From contig CAWEHH010000030.1 of assembly GCA_963808765.1 (NCBI GenBank), positions 97,483-161,482 of the forward strand: a stretch of 64,000 bases of DNA, in the 5' to 3' direction. A program made the translations under genes and the position numbers. Origin of the DNA: an uncultured beta proteobacterium (GTDB lineage: Bacteria > Pseudomonadota > Gammaproteobacteria > Burkholderiales > SG8-41). This document shows positions 18,574-27,636 of the stretch, piece by piece. Every line of letters starts with the position of its first letter. Positions within the stretch are counted from its first letter, which is position 1. The notes under the pieces are model-generated. The model worked only from the letters and a program-made list of their open reading frames with translations. It was not told where the DNA came from and searched no databases.

Positions 18574-18969
18574 ATGCCGCACATCCAGCTGTTCCTTTCT
18601 GCCGTGTCCGCGGAGTTTCGGAGCTATCGCGACGCCCTGCGCCGGCCGCTGACGCGTCCGAACGTCAGCATCGCGGTGCAGGAGGACTTCATCCCGACCG
18701 GCACGGAAACGCTGGATAAGTTGGACGAGTACGTCAAAGCATGCGCCGCGGTTGTTCACCTCGTCGGAGACATGACGGGCGCGCTGGCACAGCCTTCAGC
18801 GGTTGCGTCGATCTGTCTGCGTTATCCCGATCTCGCCGACCGCTTGCCTGCGCTGCGCCCATTCCTCGCACCCGACGCGCCTGCGCTTTCCTACACGCAA
18901 AGGAAAGCGGCAAGACGGATTCCGAGATCAAGACTGCGCTCGCTACGCTACACCCTCCGACGACGATGA
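18574..18969 (+). pseudogene. truncated TIR-like/DUF4062-like N-terminal domain fragment
   Basis: MPHIQLFLSAVSAEFRSYRDAL..VSIAVQEDF..TLDKLDEYVKACAAVVHLVGDMTGA has the flavodoxin/TIR-like pattern. Sense is lost after ..PALSYTQ and no downstream NTPase or effector part follows. Confidence 0.4.
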
Positions 18970-18992
18970 GCAGACAACCGTAGCACACGTCA

Positions 18993-20728
18993 TCAGTTGT
19001 CCGTTCGGCGGCTACTCTCCGCAACCAGGGCCTCCCAGTTCTTCGGCACCACCACCCGCCTGCTCGTCGCATAGCCCTGCTTGAAGTTCTGCCGGTAGAT
19101 GCACGAGCGGTTTCGCAGCGGATCGCCGGCGACGACGATCAGCCACTCGCTCTCGCGGCAGCAGCAGCGGAACGAGCCGATCGGGGTCATCTGACAGGTG
19201 CCATTCCTTCGGCAGCTCGCCCTCCTCGACCAGCCCGGCGAGCGTCGTGCCCGGTGTGTGATGATCGCCTAGCATCATGCTCCACTCGTAATAGCGCGCC
19301 GGCACCATGGCGTTCTTCTTGATGTACTCCGCGACGTCATGCTTCGAGTAACCCGCCTTCGCGAGCAGCGAAGCGATCACCGGCGTGAGCACGAGCACGT
19401 GCGACTCCACGTAGCCGCGCGAGCTCTGGTACGGCTCGATCATGCGCTTCACCCAGTCGACGATATAGTCGAGGTGCCGCTCGGCGGATTCGCCGGCGGT
19501 CGTGAACGGATCGCTGCGTGCGCACGGAAGTGATCGTGACGACGTTGTCCGCGGCGTCGAAGCCGCGTGTGACATGCAGCGGCTGACCACCCGATTTCGG
19601 CGCACGCCTCGCTCGTTCTCGGCGACGACGGCTCTGAACATCTGTCCGAACGTCGCCATGTCGGTCGAGCCGGGCAGGAAGCGCGGAACATTCCGCGCGA
19701 AGAGCCGATAGAAGCGGCCGATGCTGGTATTCGCCTGGTTGCCGGGCCGCTGCAGCGCCCTGCCCGCATTCGAACCCGAGCTGATCGCGGATCGGGCCGT
19801 TCAGGATGATCATCGCCTCCCAGCCCGGCGTGCTCCCGCCGTGCTTCATGCCGTACGCCGGATCGGCCATGACCTCGACGATAGCGAGCAGAATCGGCAT
19901 GTACTCCGGACGGCAGCCCGCCATCACGCCGTTCACCGCGACGTTCCAGACCGTCGCCGCGCCTGGCTTGGGTGCAGCACGCCGAGCACCTCATCCGGCG
20001 AACGGTCGGTGAAGCGCAGGAACGCTTCGACGTTCTCCAGAGTGGGCGGGACGACTGGCAGGCCGTCGCTCCAGCGTTGCTCATGGAAGAGCTCGTTGAC
20101 GTCCTCGAACGTCCCGGTGAAAACGATCTCCCGCTCGGCCGGGCGGCGCGCTCCGTGCATCCGTCTCCGCGGCGCCTCGTCCGACGTGAGCTGCCGCACG
20201 ATCTGGTCGACGAGCACGTCCTCGATGTTCCTCGCGATCGTCTCGCGCTCGTGCGTGGAAATCACGCCCGGGTAGGTCGCGACCGCAAGCTCGAGCCCGG
20301 CCTGCTTGCCGATCGCCTTGACCGAACGCGTGAAGCCCTGATCGATCGCGATCGTGACCGTCGGAACTCCGGCGTTCTCGGCTGCAATGCTCGCTCGCGA
20401 ACTCGCGGCGGTGCAGCTCCCTCACCCGGCGTTGCCGGAGATCACGACATCGCATTCGAGCCGCTCGAGCTTCTCCGGCAGCGCACTCGATCACCTCCGT
20501 CTCGCGCGATCCGTAGGTGTCGCCGAACTCGGTGTGAGGAACGAAGCGGATGTTCGGAAAGCGTTTCAGCAACGCTTTCTCGATCACGTCGAACGTGAAG
20601 TCGGTGTCGAACTTGTTGTTCGAGAGCTCGCCCATGGTCACGCCGTCGAGCGTTCGCGGACGCTGCGCATGACCTTTCCGCTGCTCTGCCCTTCTGCCGA
20701 GTGGAGAAACAACCTGGTATAGCGACAT
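18993..20728 (-). pseudogene. U-G-S-C motif (seleno)protein domain fused to a ~430-aa domain of unknown function; in-frame TGA plus ~6 frame breaks
   Basis: MSLYQVVSPLG...ALPEKLERLECDVVISGNAG[TGA 20424-20422]GSCTAASS...; later segments GVMAGCRPEYMPILLAIVEV, QPLHVTRGFDAADNVVTITSV, HLDYIVDWVKRMIEPY and LIVVAGDPLRNRSCIY lie in shifting frames. Confidence 0.6.
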
Positions 20729-20894
20729 CGCGTGCTCCGGTGGTTGGATGCGGGATGGCCATTCAGGCGCCACGAGGGCGGCTTTCACGACGCCCGCCTT
20801 TGTTGAACGTGAGGCATCGCTACACCCGGAGGCCAGACGTCGGCGTGCGATGAACTCTGCCGAACTGCCCGCCGAGCCGCTCGCGATGTAACGT

Positions 20895-21944
20895 ATGAGC
20901 TTTGTCGGATCGTTTTCAGGGAAGGAAGACTCGTTGAAGATCTGCGTCTACGGTGCCGGCGCCATCGGCGGTCATGTTGCCACACGGCTCATCGCGGTAA
21001 AACGCCACGACGTCAGCGTCATCGCACGCGCCGAAACTCTGGCTGCAATCCGTAGCCGCGGATTGCTGTTGCGCAGCGCAAGTGAGGTTATCAAAGCGAT
21101 GCCCGCAGTGGTTACCGACGACCCGACGAGCTTGCCGCCGCAGGACCTGGTGATCGTGACCGTCAAGGCGCCGGGCCTGCCGCCGATCGCCAAATCGATC
21201 GCATCGATGCTGGGACCGGCAGGCTGTGCCTTGTTCATGGTCAACGGTATTCCCTGGTGGTGGCATTACGGACGAGAGGGTGAGCCCCGGCCGCTGCTTG
21301 CGCTGGATCCGGGCGCTGCGCTGTGGACCCACGTGAAGCCCGAGCGCGCGCTGGGCAGCGCGGTCTACTCATCCAACGAGCTCGAGGCGCCGGCCGTCAT
21401 CAATCACACGGCCAACAATCGCTGGGTCATCGGTGAACCCGACGGCTCACTGAGCCCGCGCCTGGAAGAGGCCGTGCAGGCGCTTGGGGAGGCGGGGCTC
21501 GCTGCGGAAGCGACGCGCGACATCCATCGGGTGATCTGGCAGAAAAACGTGACCACCGCCACGGGCAACTCCGTGAGCGCTCTGACCCACCTGGATTTCT
21601 ACGCGCTGGGCGTCGACCCGCAGACGCGAGCGTTGTTGGTGCGGCTCATGCGCGAGATCATCGACGTCGGCGTGGCTCTGGGCATCGATCTGCGTTCCGA
21701 AATGGACGTCGAGAAGCTCGCACAGCGAGGGAAGGCACACTCGCAGCAGCGCCCGCATTCCATGCTCTGGGACGTGTTGACGAACCGTCGATTGGAGGTC
21801 GATGCACAGCTCGGACAGGTGCAGGCGTTCGCAAACGAGCGGGGCGTACCCACGCCGACCATCGACGTGATCGTGACGCTGCTGCGTGCCCTCGATCGTG
21901 CAGACCGGAATCCGAAGCTCATCGGCCAGGTTGGCACCGTCTGA
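20895..21944 (+). CDS. ketopantoate reductase (PanE/ApbA) family 2-dehydropantoate 2-reductase-like oxidoreductase
   Basis: Contains KICVYGAGAIGG Rossmann motif and a family-like C-terminal helical domain. TTG 20934 (GGAAGGAAG upstream) is the likelier start. Confidence 0.8.
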   Translation: MSFVGSFSGKEDSLKICVYGAGAIGGHVATRLIAVKRHDVSVIARAETLAAIRSRGLLLRSASEVIKAMPAVVTDDPTSLPPQDLVIVTVKAPGLPPIAKSIASMLGPAGCALFMVNGIPWWWHYGREGEPRPLLALDPGAALWTHVKPERALGSAVYSSNELEAPAVINHTANNRWVIGEPDGSLSPRLEEAVQALGEAGLAAEATRDIHRVIWQKNVTTATGNSVSALTHLDFYALGVDPQTRALLVRLMREIIDVGVALGIDLRSEMDVEKLAQRGKAHSQQRPHSMLWDVLTNRRLEVDAQLGQVQAFANERGVPTPTIDVIVTLLRALDRADRNPKLIGQVGTV

Positions 21945-21996
21945 TCGACGTGCCGGGCTCATGGCTCGGCGTTTCTTGGCAGCGTGATGCAAACGA

Positions 21997-22084
21997 TTCG
22001 TCACCCCGGCGCGAAGCCGGGGTCCAGGCCCATCGACATGGCCGCGTGAGCCGGTTCTGGATTCCGCCTACCCCGGAATGACGA
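21997..22084. repeat. REP-like units, family 1 (two units)
   Basis: ttcgtcaccccggcgcgaagccggggtccagg and ctggattccgcctaccccggaatgacga. Confidence 0.75.
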
Positions 22085-22162
22085 CTTCGCGACTTTGCAG
22101 CGACCTGCTAGCACGCCGCACGAGCAGTGTTACGATGAACACGATCGAAGGGGGAGCACCCT

Positions 22163-23329
22163 ATGAAAACAGCCACGTGCCTGCGTCGCGCATGCAGCGT
22201 ATTCGCCATCGTCGCCGTCGCATCGATCGCTGCCTGCGTCTCCGCGCCCACCGGCGATCGCCAGGCGCGCGAAGTGCCGCAGTTCGAGGTCGATCCGTCG
22301 TGGCCGAAGCTTCCGCCGCAGTGGGTCTTCGGCCAGGTCTCCAGCGTGTCCGTAGACGAACGGGGCCACGCCTGGATACTCCAGCGCCCGACCACCGTGA
22401 GAGCCGACCAGAAAAGCAAAGCCGCCCCGCCGGTCCTCGAGTTCGATGAAGACGGCAACTTCATCCAGGGCTGGGGCGGTCCGGGCGCGGGTTACGACTG
22501 GCCCGAGAGCGAGCACGGCATCTACGTCGATCCGAAAGGCTACGTGTGGATCGGTGGCAACGGCAAGACCGACCATCACCTCCTGAAGTTCACGAAGGCC
22601 GGAAAGTTCGTGATGCAGATCGGCCGCAAAGGCGAGAGCAAGGGCAACAGCGATACGCAGAATGTGAACATGGCCGCCGACACGTTCTTCTACGCGAAGA
22701 CCAATGAGCTGTTCGTCGCCGACGGCTACGGTAACCGCCGCATCATCGTGTTCGATGCCGACACCGGCGCGTTCAAGCGCATGTGGGGCGCATTCGGCAA
22801 GGCGCCGCTCGACAAGGTCCCGCCCAAGCCGAAAGTCCCGGAGGCGTCACGCATCCCCGCAAAGGAAGAAACCGGTCCCGGCCCCGATCATTTCGACAAC
22901 CCGGTGCATGCGGCACGCGTTTCAAACGATGGGCTGGTGTACGTCTCGGACCGCGGGGGTAAGCGCGTGCAGGTCTTTACGCTCGAGGGCAAGTTCGTCA
23001 ACCAGGTCTTCATCGATCGCTGGTGCGAGGCGCCTCATTGCGGCAATGGCCAGACCGTCGCGAGCACCGCGTTCTCACACGATCCGGAACAGCGATTCCT
23101 CTATGTCGCCAGCAGAAGCCCGGCGCGCGTGTGGATCCTCGACCGCAGGAGCCTGCAGGTGCTCGATTCCTTTGGGCGCCCCGGTGTCGCCCCCGGAGAG
23201 TTCTACGTCCTGCATCATATGAACGTCGATGCCAAAGGCAATCTCTACGTAACCGAAGTGCAGGATGGAAAAAGGGCGCAGAAGTTCGTTTATAAGGGCA
23301 CGGTGATGAAGCAGGTGCTGACGCCCTAG
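22163..23329 (+). CDS. NHL-repeat beta-propeller lipoprotein (peptidylglycine amidating-lyase-like fold)
   Basis: Lipobox ASIAAC. Repeated ..G.V.V.D.gN.RI..F-type blades (LFVADGYGNRRIIVFD, LVYVSDRGGKRVQVF, NLYVTEVQDGKRAQKF). Confidence 0.65.
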   Translation: MKTATCLRRACSVFAIVAVASIAACVSAPTGDRQAREVPQFEVDPSWPKLPPQWVFGQVSSVSVDERGHAWILQRPTTVRADQKSKAAPPVLEFDEDGNFIQGWGGPGAGYDWPESEHGIYVDPKGYVWIGGNGKTDHHLLKFTKAGKFVMQIGRKGESKGNSDTQNVNMAADTFFYAKTNELFVADGYGNRRIIVFDADTGAFKRMWGAFGKAPLDKVPPKPKVPEASRIPAKEETGPGPDHFDNPVHAARVSNDGLVYVSDRGGKRVQVFTLEGKFVNQVFIDRWCEAPHCGNGQTVASTAFSHDPEQRFLYVASRSPARVWILDRRSLQVLDSFGRPGVAPGEFYVLHHMNVDAKGNLYVTEVQDGKRAQKFVYKGTVMKQVLTP

Positions 23330-23389
23330 TTCAAAGACCTGGAGCGCTGCGTGCCCGAAAGCATTCAGAGCAGAGGCCCCTCGACAGGC

Positions 23390-23485
23390 GCCTGCATGCT
23401 CGACCCGGAGCTCGACAAGCTCATCGCCGAAGAAGTGCAGGTCGCAATGAAACTTGCGCGTCAGGCGGGAATCAAGGCGGAGTAG
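23390..23485 (+). pseudogene. Bug-family gene remnant (C-terminal ~30 codons only)
   Basis: DPELDKLIAEEVQVAMKLARQAGIKAE* resembles the conserved Bug C-terminus (..PEEF..I..E..KW.KV.K.AGIK.E*). No upstream part is present. Confidence 0.35.
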
Positions 23486-23514
23486 TGTAAGCATGCGTAC
23501 ATGAGAACCCATCG

Positions 23515-24156
23515 ATGACGAGCTCGGATCGCGCGACGCACGCTGAAGGCGCAGAGGACATTCTTCGGTTCTGGTTCCCGGACCTCGCGGACGCGGACCA
23601 CGAGCAAATGGTCCGTCAATTCAAATGGTGGTTTGGCGGCGGCGCCGACGCCACCATCGTCCAGCGTTTCGTCCCGTTGCTCGAGCGGGCAGTGCGCGGC
23701 GAGCTCGATCGCTGGGCAGGTGAAGCGAGGTCGAGGATCGCGCTCATCATCGTTCTCGATCAGTTCTCCCGTTCGGCTTACAGGAACACGCCGCGGGCTT
23801 TCGCTCAGGACCCCAAGGCGCTTGCGCTTGCGATCGAGGGCTTGGAAAACGGCCAATACGCGGCGCTCGAAACGCCGTGGCAGAAGATCTTCTTCATGCT
23901 TCCCTTCGGACATTCCGAAGAGCTCGCGCACACCGAGCGCGCGGTTGCGCTCGCCGACGAGCTCGCTGCGGAGGCGCCGCCGCAATGGCGCAAGATCCTG
24001 GAGCATTCCGCGTCGCAAGCACGCGGACATCGGGACGTCATCGCCCGCTTCGGACGTCACCCGCATCGCAATGCCGTGCTTGGGCGAACGTCGACACCCG
24101 AGGAAGCGGCTTACCTCGCGAGCGGCGATTTAGTTCATCTGCGAGCACCACAATAG
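23515..24156 (+). CDS. DUF924 family protein
   Basis: Contains ILRFWF, IVLDQFSRSAYR and RFGRHPHRNAVLGR motifs. Confidence 0.8.
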   Translation: MTSSDRATHAEGAEDILRFWFPDLADADHEQMVRQFKWWFGGGADATIVQRFVPLLERAVRGELDRWAGEARSRIALIIVLDQFSRSAYRNTPRAFAQDPKALALAIEGLENGQYAALETPWQKIFFMLPFGHSEELAHTERAVALADELAAEAPPQWRKILEHSASQARGHRDVIARFGRHPHRNAVLGRTSTPEEAAYLASGDLVHLRAPQ

Positions 24157-24205
24157 CGTCTTCGCACCTCACCCAGTCTCAAGACCTGATGTTAGACTTG
24201 CATCG

Positions 24206-24406
24206 ATGAGCAAGATTGAACAACTGGAAGAACAGATTCAGGCGCTTTCGCCCGAAGAACTCGCGCAATTCCGCGCCTGGTTCCTCGAGTTCGATTGGCA
24301 GATGTGGGATCGGAAGCTGGAGCACGATGCGGCCTCCGGCAAACTCGATGCACTCGCAGAGAAGGCCCTTCGCGATCACGCAGACGGGAAGTCGACACCG
24401 CTTTGA
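24206..24406 (+). CDS. type II antitoxin (addiction-module component partnering ParE-like toxins)
   Basis: 66 aa: MSKIEQLEEQIQALSPEELAQFRAWFLEFD..GKLDALAEKALRDH. Its stop overlaps the toxin TTG start (TTGA). Confidence 0.7.
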   Translation: MSKIEQLEEQIQALSPEELAQFRAWFLEFDWQMWDRKLEHDAASGKLDALAEKALRDHADGKSTPL

Positions 24407-24655
24407 AACACCACGCGTCCCCGGCTTTCTGGACGTGTTACCGAGCGTTGCCGTCAGACATCCAGAGGCTTGCGGATCAAGCCTTTGAGCATCTACGGGT
24501 TGATTCAACCTATCCTTCCATTCGGCTCAAGAGAGTAGGTCGATTCTGGTCTGCCCGCATCGGTATCGGATATCGAGCTTGCCGTGGAAGCAGCGGACGG
24601 GCTTCTCTGGTTTTGGATCGGCACGCATGCCGAATACGACAAGCTGATCGGATAA
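24403..24655 (+). pseudogene. RelE/ParE-superfamily (ParE-like) toxin, one frame break
   Basis: KHHASPAFWTCYRALPSDIQ..YPSIRLKRVGRFWSARIGIGYRA, then in the next frame LAVEAADGLLWFWIGTHAEYDKLIG*. Break at ~24578. Confidence 0.65.
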
Positions 24656-24725
24656 TTTCACGCACGCTGCGGCGCGTTCGAAGGGCTGTCATGAGGCGAT
24701 GCCCGTGGTGTGCGTCGACAGACGC

Positions 24726-25703
24726 TCAATTCCCCTGCAATCCCGTCGCTTTGACGAGCGGCCCCCACTTGGCCAGCTCCTCGCGAATGAACTGAGCCGA
24801 CTTCTGCGGATTGGAGTCCGTGACCGGATCGAAGCCGATCACGAGCAGATCCTTCTGAAACGCTTCGTCGTTCACGATCTTCATCGTCGCCTGATGGAGC
24901 TGATCGACGATCGGTTTCGGCGTGCCGGCAGGCGCGGCCAGCAGGACGCACGAGTATGAAATCATGTTCGGCACGCCCTGCTCGATCGCAGTGGGAATGT
25001 CCGGCGCCACACCCGACCGTTTCTCGCTGAACGCGGCAACCACGCGGATCTTGCCTGCGCGATGATGCGGGATCGACGTGCCGAGCGCCATCACGCCCAT
25101 CGGCACCTCGCCCGAGATCACGTCCACCACGCTGTTGCCGCTGCCGCGGTACGGCACGTGCACCATGTCGAGCCTGCCTGCGCGCTCCTTGAAGAGCTCT
25201 CCGGCGAGATGCAGGATGCTGCCCTGCCCGGAGGAGCCGTACGAGAACTTGCCGGGCATCGCCTTCACGCGCTGGATCAGCTCCGGGAGGGTCTTCGCGA
25301 TCGTGGGATGCAGCGCAAGGGAGGAGGTGTTCGTGCCGAGCAGCGCGATGTTCGCGAAGTCCTTGAGGGGGTCATAGGGCAGGTTCTTCATCGTGAGCAC
25401 GTTGAGCACGTGAGTGGACACGGTGCCGAAGATGAGCGTGTGCCCGTCGGGCTTCGCGCGCGCGACTTCCGCGGCCGCGATCGAGCCCGACCCTCCACCA
25501 CGATTGTCGACAAACACCGACTGACCGATGAGCGGCGTCAATACGAGCGCGAAGCGGCGCGCCGCGGCATCGGTGGACGCGCCCGGAGCGAATGGAGACA
25601 CGAGACGAATCGGGCGCTCGGGGTATTTGTCCTGGGCGCTGATGACGGATGGCGCCAGTATCACTGACGCCGCAAAACCTGCGAGTACGGTCAACTTGCT
25701 CAC
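24726..25703 (-). CDS. Bug/TctC family substrate-binding protein
   Basis: GAGGAAG lies before GTG 25703. Signal peptide, YPERPIRLVSPFAPGASTD and VFVDNRGGGSG. Confidence 0.9.
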   Translation of the reverse strand: MSKLTVLAGFAASVILAPSVISAQDKYPERPIRLVSPFAPGASTDAAARRFALVLTPLIGQSVFVDNRGGGSGSIAAAEVARAKPDGHTLIFGTVSTHVLNVLTMKNLPYDPLKDFANIALLGTNTSSLALHPTIAKTLPELIQRVKAMPGKFSYGSSGQGSILHLAGELFKERAGRLDMVHVPYRGSGNSVVDVISGEVPMGVMALGTSIPHHRAGKIRVVAAFSEKRSGVAPDIPTAIEQGVPNMISYSCVLLAAPAGTPKPIVDQLHQATMKIVNDEAFQKDLLVIGFDPVTDSNPQKSAQFIREELAKWGPLVKATGLQGN

Positions 25704-25713
25704 GCTCTTCCTC

Positions 25714-26571
25714 TCAATCGCCCTCGAACACCGGCCGCTGCTTCGCGACGAACGCGTTGTAAGCGCGCTCGTAATCCTTCGTCTGCATGCAGATCGCCTG
25801 CGCCTGGGCCTCGGCTTCGATCGCCTCGTCGATGCCCATGCTCCATTCCTGGTGGATGCAGCGCTTGGTCATGGCGTGCGCGAAGGTCGGTCCCGACGCG
25901 ATGGAGCGCGCCAGCGCCAGCGCGTCCGTGATAAGCGCGTTGGACTCGCACAGCTTGTTGTAGAACCCCCAGCGTTCGGCCTCGGCGCCGTCCATGGAGC
26001 GCCCGGTGTAGAGCAGCTCGGCTGCACGCCCGGCGCCGACGATCCGCGGCAGAATGTTGCAGGCCCCCATATCGGCGCCCGCAAGACCGACGCGCACGAA
26101 CAGGAATGCCACTTTGCTCTGCGCAGTGCCGTAGCGCATGTCCGAAGCCATCGCGATGATCGCTCCGGCGCCGGCGCACACACCGTCCACCGCCGAGATG
26201 ATGGTCTGCGGACAGGCGCGCATCGCCTTCACCAGGTCGCCCGTCATGCGCGTGAACTCGAGCAGCCCGGACATGTCATCCTTGCGCTGCATTTCGACAA
26301 GCGGTCCGATGATCTCGTGCACGTCGCCGCCCGAGCAGAAGTTGCCGCCGGCGCCGGCAATGACGACAGTCTTCACTTCGTCCGCATACGTCAGATTGCG
26401 GAACGTATCGCGCAGCTCGGCATAGGACTCGAACGTGAGCGGGTTCTTGCGCTCGGGCCGGTTCAGCGTGATCGTCGCCACTTTCCCGTCGAGCTGCCAG
26501 AGGAAGTGCTTCGGTGTGAAAGTCTTGAAATCCACGTCCCGCGGGCGGAAGCGGCGTGCGGTATCGCTCAT
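25714..26571 (-). CDS. enoyl-CoA hydratase/isomerase (crotonase) family protein
   Basis: Contains [23 protein letters not shown] and [11 protein letters not shown] oxyanion-hole motifs. Confidence 0.85.
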   Translation of the reverse strand: MSDTARRFRPRDVDFKTFTPKHFLWQLDGKVATITLNRPERKNPLTFESYAELRDTFRNLTYADEVKTVVIAGAGGNFCSGGDVHEIIGPLVEMQRKDDMSGLLEFTRMTGDLVKAMRACPQTIISAVDGVCAGAGAIIAMASDMRYGTAQSKVAFLFVRVGLAGADMGACNILPRIVGAGRAAELLYTGRSMDGAEAERWGFYNKLCESNALITDALALARSIASGPTFAHAMTKRCIHQEWSMGIDEAIEAEAQAQAICMQTKDYERAYNAFVAKQRPVFEGD

Positions 26572-26657
26572 GATGACTCCGTTGAACAGCGGTTAAATGG
26601 CCGGACGGCTATGTGTTCGTGCACATCGAGGCGCCGAAGAACGACGGCCTGACGGCG

Positions 26658-26731
26658 CCTGGATTCCGGTCTCGCACTGCAATGACGAAGGTTTGCGGCG
26701 CCTGGATTCCGGTCTGGCACCGGAATGACGA
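26658..26731. repeat. REP-like units, family 1 (two units)
   Basis: cctggattccggtctcgcactgcaatgacga and cctggattccggtctggcaccggaatgacga, between the SDR and crotonase genes. Confidence 0.75.
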
Positions 26732-26762
26732 TGGGCTGGAGCGCAAGCACAGCTACCTGACG

Positions 26763-27531
26763 TCACGGCATGAAAAACCCGCCGGTCACGTCGATCACCG
26801 TGCCGGTGATGAACGCGGCCGCGTCGGATACGAGGTAGCGCACCGCGCCGGCGACGTCTTCGGTCGTGCCGACCTTGCGCAGCGGCGTGCGCACGATGTA
26901 TTGCCGATCCACCTCGCTCTCGTTCGCAAAGCTCGCCGCCATCGCGGTCTTGATGCGTCCGGGAGAGACGCAATTCACCGTGATGCCATACTCGCCGACC
27001 TCCCCCGCCAGCACGCGCGAGAACCCGATCAGGCCCGACTTCGACGCAGCGTAACAGGCGCTGCCGAAGCCCGTGTACATGCGGCCCGATTGAGACGCCA
27101 TGTTGATGATGCGTCCCCAGCGCTCTCGTTTCATCGGCGCGATTGCGGCACGCGAAACCAGAAAGGCGCCGGTCAGATTCACGGCGATCGTTCTCTGCCA
27201 GTCATCGAACGGGCGTGTCCTCGACGCGCGCGCTGCGGCCGGCGATGCGCGGCGCGATCCCCGCGTTGTTGACGACGATGTCGAGACGCCCGAAGCGCGC
27301 CTCGATCGCCTCGAACATGCGGGCGACGGCCTGCTCGTCCGATACGTCGGCGGCGATGCCGATCGCATCAAGCCCCTCGCCGCACAGCCGGCGTGCGGCC
27401 TCCTCCACCGCGTTCTCCCGTCGCCCGTTCACCACGATGCGAAAACCGTCGGCCGCAAGCGCCTGCGCGACCGCGAAGCCGATGCCCTGGTTCGCGCCGG
27501 TGATCAAAGCCACTCTGCGGGTCTCAGACAA
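26763..27531 (-). pseudogene. SDR family oxidoreductase (FabG-like), one frame break
   Basis: ALITGANQGIG..NNAG in one frame; FDDWQRTIAVN..YAASK..PGRIKT in the next. Break at the CCC/GGG run 27211-27213. Confidence 0.8.
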
Positions 27532-27560
27532 CGCGCACCACGTCTGTCGTCGGCTTGCAG

Positions 27561-27570
27561 TTCAATTGAA
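27561..27570. promoter_or_regulatory. perfect 10-bp palindrome TTCAATTGAA in a divergent promoter region (candidate operator)
   Basis: AT-rich palindrome in the 105-bp gap between the divergent SDR and acyl-CoA dehydrogenase genes. The binding protein is unknown. Confidence 0.2.
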
Positions 27571-27636
27571 TGGTCGTTAATCTAGCTCGCCCGAAGATAG
27601 GGAACTCCCGGTGTCGAGTCAATAATACGTCCGACG

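Noticed and set aside
13830-24700. A prophage or integrative island spanning the unknown ORFs, the TIR-like fragment and the TA pair.
   Set aside because: There is no integrase, phage structural or replication gene, and no tRNA or att-like boundaries. Ordinary metabolic genes (Bug, ADH, ketopantoate reductase-like, NHL, DUF924) are interspersed.
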